Positions 60,475 through 64,000 of a stretch of DNA of 64,000 nt are shown here, one piece after another. How positions within the stretch are numbered: the first letter of the stretch is position 1; the number at the start of each line of letters is the position of its first letter. Position numbers and translations under genes: made by a program. Under the pieces are notes generated by a model. It saw only the letters and a program-made list of their open reading frames with translations. It was not told the DNA's origin and made no database searches. Source of the DNA: an uncultured Verrucomicrobiae bacterium (lineage in GTDB: Bacteria > Verrucomicrobiota > Verrucomicrobiia > Limisphaerales > Palsa-1400); the NCBI GenBank assembly GCA_963702845.1, contig OY969763.1, forward strand, positions 1,184,001 through 1,248,000, given 5' to 3'.

Positions 60475-61494
60475 CTAGGCCTTTGGTTCGATCCGCGCGT
60501 TTACCGCCGCGATTTCTTCACGAATGCTTTGCGTAATTTGATGGGCGACGGCATTGCCGGTCACCCGGATTGCGTTGCTCATTGCTTTAGCTTTCGCAGA
60601 ACCGTGTACTTTCATAACAGTTCCGTTCAAACCTAGCAAGGGCGCACCACCGGGCCCGTCAGGGTCCATCCGGCGCTTAATTGTGCGCAATGCGTTCGCG
60701 GCCAGCATTGCGCCCAGCATGCGTTTAGGATTCTTCGAAAGCTCATCTTTCAGCCACCCAACCAAACCGCGCGCAAAGCTTTCGATCGTCTTGAGCACAA
60801 TATTACCGATAAACCCATCGCAAACCACCACGTCCACCCGATTATGGAAGAGATCGTGCCCTTCCACATTGCCGATAAAATTGAAGTTCGCCATTTGGCA
60901 AAGCTTGTAGGTTTCCAGCGTTAATTCAGTGCCCTTGTTCGATTCGGTGCCGTTGCACAGGATACCGACGCGCGGGTTTTTGTAACCGAGAACCTGTTGT
61001 GAATAAATCTTACCCATCACCGCGAAGTGGAGCAGGTGATACGGCTTGCACTCCACGCTCGCGCCGGAGTCGATCAAGACAAACTCATTCGCGGGAGCAG
61101 GAATTACTGTCGCAATGGCGGGTCGGTCGATCCCGGCAATCGGACGAAGCCGAATGGTCGAGGCGGCGACGATTCCGCCGGTGTTGCCGGTTGAAATGAT
61201 AGCGTCGGCTCGGCCTTCTTTGACCAGGTCAACTGCGCGAAGGATGGAACAATCTTTCTTACGACGCAGACCTTCGACCGGTTTGTCATCCATGGTCAGC
61301 ACTTCGCTGGCGTGGACGATCTGGATGCGACGATCGCGACAGCCGGTGTTTTTCATCGCGGCATGGATTTCGTCCTGGTGGCCAACGAGGAAAAGCTCGC
61401 TGATTTTGGAGTTATCCTCCAAAGCAAGCCGAACTCCATCGATCAAAACCTCCGGTCCGTGGTCGCCCCCCATGACATCCACTACAATTCGCAT
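60475..61494 (-). CDS. plsX: Phosphate acyltransferase
   Basis: VDVMGGDHGP, GNTG, DRPAI, GNVEG, CDGFIGN, GAPLLG. Confidence 0.97.
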   Translation of the reverse strand: MRIVVDVMGGDHGPEVLIDGVRLALEDNSKISELFLVGHQDEIHAAMKNTGCRDRRIQIVHASEVLTMDDKPVEGLRRKKDCSILRAVDLVKEGRADAIISTGNTGGIVAASTIRLRPIAGIDRPAIATVIPAPANEFVLIDSGASVECKPYHLLHFAVMGKIYSQQVLGYKNPRVGILCNGTESNKGTELTLETYKLCQMANFNFIGNVEGHDLFHNRVDVVVCDGFIGNIVLKTIESFARGLVGWLKDELSKNPKRMLGAMLAANALRTIKRRMDPDGPGGAPLLGLNGTVMKVHGSAKAKAMSNAIRVTGNAVAHQITQSIREEIAAVNARIEPKA

Positions 61495-61500
61495 ACTGTT

Positions 61501-61627
61501 CTTCTAACAGAGTCGCCTGCGTGCGCAAGCGACTTAAAAGCTTCTAATAGAGCCGCGCGCGTGAGCGAGCGGTTTACCTTCTCCATCCGCTATATCCCAA
61601 CCACTGCCTAACGTGCGCGGCTCTGTT
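61501..61627. repeat. REP cluster: two direct copies 40 bp apart plus one inverted copy
   Basis: cttctaacagagtcgcctgcgtgcgcaagcgactt / cttctaatagagccgcgcgcgtgagcgagcggttt / aaccactgcctaacgtgcgcggctctgtt. Confidence 0.8.
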
Positions 61628-61632
61628 TGCAC

Positions 61633-61672
61633 AAATAAAAAGAGCGCAGGAAAGTTACGACTCTCCGCGCTC
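61633..61672 (-). terminator. Possible intrinsic terminator after rpmF
   Basis: Minus strand GAGCGCGGAG...CCTGCGCTC followed by TTTTTATTT. Confidence 0.55.
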
Positions 61673-61698
61673 CCGGCAAATCAAAATTTATTCGATGA

Positions 61699-61887
61699 TC
61701 AAGCCGCCGCTTCGACGGTGATCACTTGCCGGCCCTTGTAGTAGCCACAGGACGGACAAACCCGATGAGGGATGGCCGGAGCGGCACACTGCGAGCAGGT
61801 GCCCAATTGGGGCAGGACCAGGTTGCTGTTATAAGCACGGCGCATACGTTGGCGGCTGTGCGACGGTTTACGTTTTGGGACTCCCAT
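61699..61887 (-). CDS. rpmF: 50S ribosomal protein L32 (Zn-ribbon form)
   Basis: MGVPKRK, CSQC...PHRVCPSCGYYKG. Confidence 0.97.
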   Translation of the reverse strand: MGVPKRKPSHSRQRMRRAYNSNLVLPQLGTCSQCAAPAIPHRVCPSCGYYKGRQVITVEAAA

Positions 61888-61899
61888 AAATTTTCGTGT

Positions 61900-62361
61900 C
61901 TAAAGTTTTAACTTATTCAATTCTGACCATGCCGACGAACCTTGCGTCTGGCCCTTTTCGGACGTCGCCGGCAATCCGGCGCACTCTTCGCTACACAACG
62001 GGTGTTGCGGAAAGTTGAGGAGAATATCTTCACGAAGGTAAGGCGTCAAGTCCACCATATCATTTTCTACCGGGGCCGGTTCTTCGCCCTGAAGCGGTAT
62101 TAAAGCCGCCCAATCTTCAAGCAGGACCTTGGTTTTGAAAGGTTTAAGGCACCTGGAACACTCGCATTGAATCGGAAGCTCCAGCCGGCCTTGTGCCAGA
62201 ATGTCGCTACCGTTCTTCTGGAGATTGATGTCGTACTGCAACGGTTTACGCGCCTGAACGAGCGGATCCTGGATTTCTATATCCAGTTCCTCGGGCGAGA
62301 GTTCCCCTTCGAGATGAACATCATTCTCGTCCAAATGCCGAATATTAAATTGTACCGCCAT
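61900..62361 (-). CDS. yceD: YceD/DUF177 protein
   Basis: CSRCL, DLTPYLREDILL, PLCSEECAGL; upstream of rpmF. Confidence 0.92.
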   Translation of the reverse strand: MAVQFNIRHLDENDVHLEGELSPEELDIEIQDPLVQARKPLQYDINLQKNGSDILAQGRLELPIQCECSRCLKPFKTKVLLEDWAALIPLQGEEPAPVENDMVDLTPYLREDILLNFPQHPLCSEECAGLPATSEKGQTQGSSAWSELNKLKL

Positions 62362-62372
62362 ATAATATTATT

Positions 62373-62454
62373 GTAGCAGCCGACGTCAGGATGCTCTCGA
62401 TTAATTTACCTCCAACTTGAAAAAACGTTAGAGTCTCCTGACATCGGCTGCCCC
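62373..62454. repeat. Intergenic GTAG REPIN-like element related to the imuB/dnaE2 inserts
   Basis: GTAGCAGCCGACGTCAGGATGCTCT...AGAGTCTCCTGACATCGGCTGCCCC; shares the GTAG.AG.CGA.GT.A.GA..CTCT skeleton. Confidence 0.8.
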
Positions 62455-62459
62455 GGAAA

Positions 62460-62942
62460 TTATTTTTGCCCGAACTTCCTCTTTAACGCCGCCTGCACAT
62501 GCGCCGGCACGAACGAACTGACATCCCCGCCGAGATGCGCGATTTCTTTGACGATGCGCGAACTGAGAAACGTGTAAGTCTCGCGCGGCATCATGAAAAT
62601 CGTTTCCACCCGCTCGTTCAGTTTACGGTTCATCAGCGCGAGCTGAAATTCAAATTCAAAGTCCGACACTGCGCGCAGTCCGCGAATGATGGCGCACGCG
62701 CCCTGTTGATCGGCGTAATTGACCAGCAGCCCATCCAACCATTCCACCGTGACGCTAGTGTAAGGCGTGATCGCTTCCTGAACGAGCGCGAGCCGTTCTG
62801 TGGGATCGAAGAGCGGTTGTTTACTTTCATTGCGCGCGATGGCGACGATTACGCGGTCAAAAAGTTTCGTCGCCCGTCCGACCAGGTCAAGGTGCCCATT
62901 AGTGATCGGGTCAAAGCTGCCGGGATAAATGGCCGTTCTCAT
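62460..62942 (-). CDS. coaD: Phosphopantetheine adenylyltransferase
   Basis: YPGSFDPITNGH, RGLRAVSDFEFE, SSRIVKE. Confidence 0.98.
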   Translation of the reverse strand: MRTAIYPGSFDPITNGHLDLVGRATKLFDRVIVAIARNESKQPLFDPTERLALVQEAITPYTSVTVEWLDGLLVNYADQQGACAIIRGLRAVSDFEFEFQLALMNRKLNERVETIFMMPRETYTFLSSRIVKEIAHLGGDVSSFVPAHVQAALKRKFGQK

Positions 62943-63020
62943 CGCCAGTCAATTTAATGATCATTGCGCAAATGCCCATTAAAAAACGGCGACTACTCCA
63001 GCAATCACTCTGGCTTCAGA

Positions 63021-63112
63021 GAATCGCGTTAGCGATTCATGAAGGTAGCCGTGGGTTTCAACCCACGGAGAAGGCCCAGACGAGAGAGCATATTGTGTCG
63101 CGTAGCGACACA
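63021..63112. repeat. Composite REP-like element with three hairpins
   Basis: gaatcgc-gtta-gcgattc; GTAG-ccgtggg-tttcaa-cccacgg; tgtgtcgc-gta-gcgacaca. Confidence 0.75.
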
Positions 63113-63152
63113 TCAACCCGCGTCCAACAGGCGGCCGTGTTCACGTCCGCAT

Positions 63153-64000
63153 CTAAAGCTTCCGCGCCTGAAAGTACAAATTCGTACAATTGCCATTCAC
63201 TGGCGCCGAAACTCCATAAACGTTGTTCGTCAAGTTCGCAGCGAGGCCAACGAACGTCCAATTGACAAGGTTCGATGAACTCCAGATGCCATATGGTCCA
63301 TCGGTATACGCATTGAATTGCAAAGTTATTTTGTTGGGGTCGGCAGCAAATTGCAGAATTTTGATCGGTGAAACAGTTCCGGCACCAGAGTAGGGGTCCA
63401 ATGTTGTTGAATCTTGCATGGGCTGGGATGTCGCCATACCCGCCTTTGCATCCATTTCGTCGCTAGTGAAATGGTCGCCTGGCGTGGCTGCCCACCATCT
63501 TGCAATCTGCTGAAGCGTTGCCGACGGCTGATACGGGCATTCTAAAGTATTGATGTTGGTCGCGCCGCCTTGTAGGAAAGCGGTCAAGACACTTCCCGAG
63601 CCCCCCGTAGGCACATAGCCAGGAGCCGAAATGTAATTCGTTACCACCGCTATTTGATTTAACACGCCTGCGGATGCAGGTGACGAGACAGATGAGTCCG
63701 CGTCATTTGTCAGCCATGGTGAACCCACATTTGTCGTCAGCATTGGCAGGTTTGCCAGATTTGTGACCATCTCCACCGACATTCCAAGGTTCGCAAAATT
63801 AACGAAGTCCAAAATGCGCCCAGATGAATTATCGAGGAGGGCATAAATAAACCGGTTTGTGGCTTGTACCATCCATGAATGCACCGGCAAGCCCACGTTT
63901 AATTCCCAATTAGTATTGTCGGGTGCAACAAACTGCCTGTTGCGCTCGTTATAAGCAAAAAACGGGAGTGTGTTTGTGCCGTTGCTAAGAACTTTATATT
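63153..64000 (-). CDS. C-terminal part of a large Asn/Thr-rich, probably secreted protein (5' end beyond window)
   Basis: Frame open to the window edge; ends YGIWSSSNLVNW...NLYFQARKL. Confidence 0.75.
   Translation of the reverse strand, partial: YKVLSNGTNTLPFFAYNERNRQFVAPDNTNWELNVGLPVHSWMVQATNRFIYALLDNSSGRILDFVNFANLGMSVEMVTNLANLPMLTTNVGSPWLTNDADSSVSSPASAGVLNQIAVVTNYISAPGYVPTGGSGSVLTAFLQGGATNINTLECPYQPSATLQQIARWWAATPGDHFTSDEMDAKAGMATSQPMQDSTTLDPYSGAGTVSPIKILQFAADPNKITLQFNAYTDGPYGIWSSSNLVNWTFVGLAANLTNNVYGVSAPVNGNCTNLYFQARKL

Overview
64-kb chromosomal segment of a moderately GC-rich bacterium. Gene content (DUF1501, prepilin/H-X9-DG protein, long-form IspG, DUF2851, MoxR-DUF58) suggests Verrucomicrobiota; this assignment is an inference. 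It is mostly housekeeping: ECF sigma/anti-sigma, hisB, an imuA-imuB-dnaE2 mutasome cassette split by an antisense DUF433/PIN toxin-antitoxin pair and followed by udgX, a GAF/PAS histidine kinase, tRNA-Ile2(CAT), ndh-ubiE, infC, metK-ahcY with a divergent SahR-like regulator, rnr, ispG-rseP and coaD-yceD-rpmF-plsX-fabH. About ten genes in the left 33 kb carry single-base frameshifts that look like sequencing errors; I saw none in the right half. Highlights: (1) an intact 581-aa ribonucleotide-reductase alpha-subunit paralogue that keeps its ATP-cone, has lost every catalytic element, and carries an N-terminal beta-clamp-like QLNLL motif (candidate pseudo-enzyme nucleotide sensor); (2) GTAG-type REPIN-like hairpins and other genomic repeats inserted in-frame into imuB, dnaE2 and ubiE; (3) a recurring class of intergenic, helically phased 10/11-bp arrays, each with a different core word, plus iteron-core-iteron-like elements. 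No CRISPR array, rRNA, transposase or integrase was seen.
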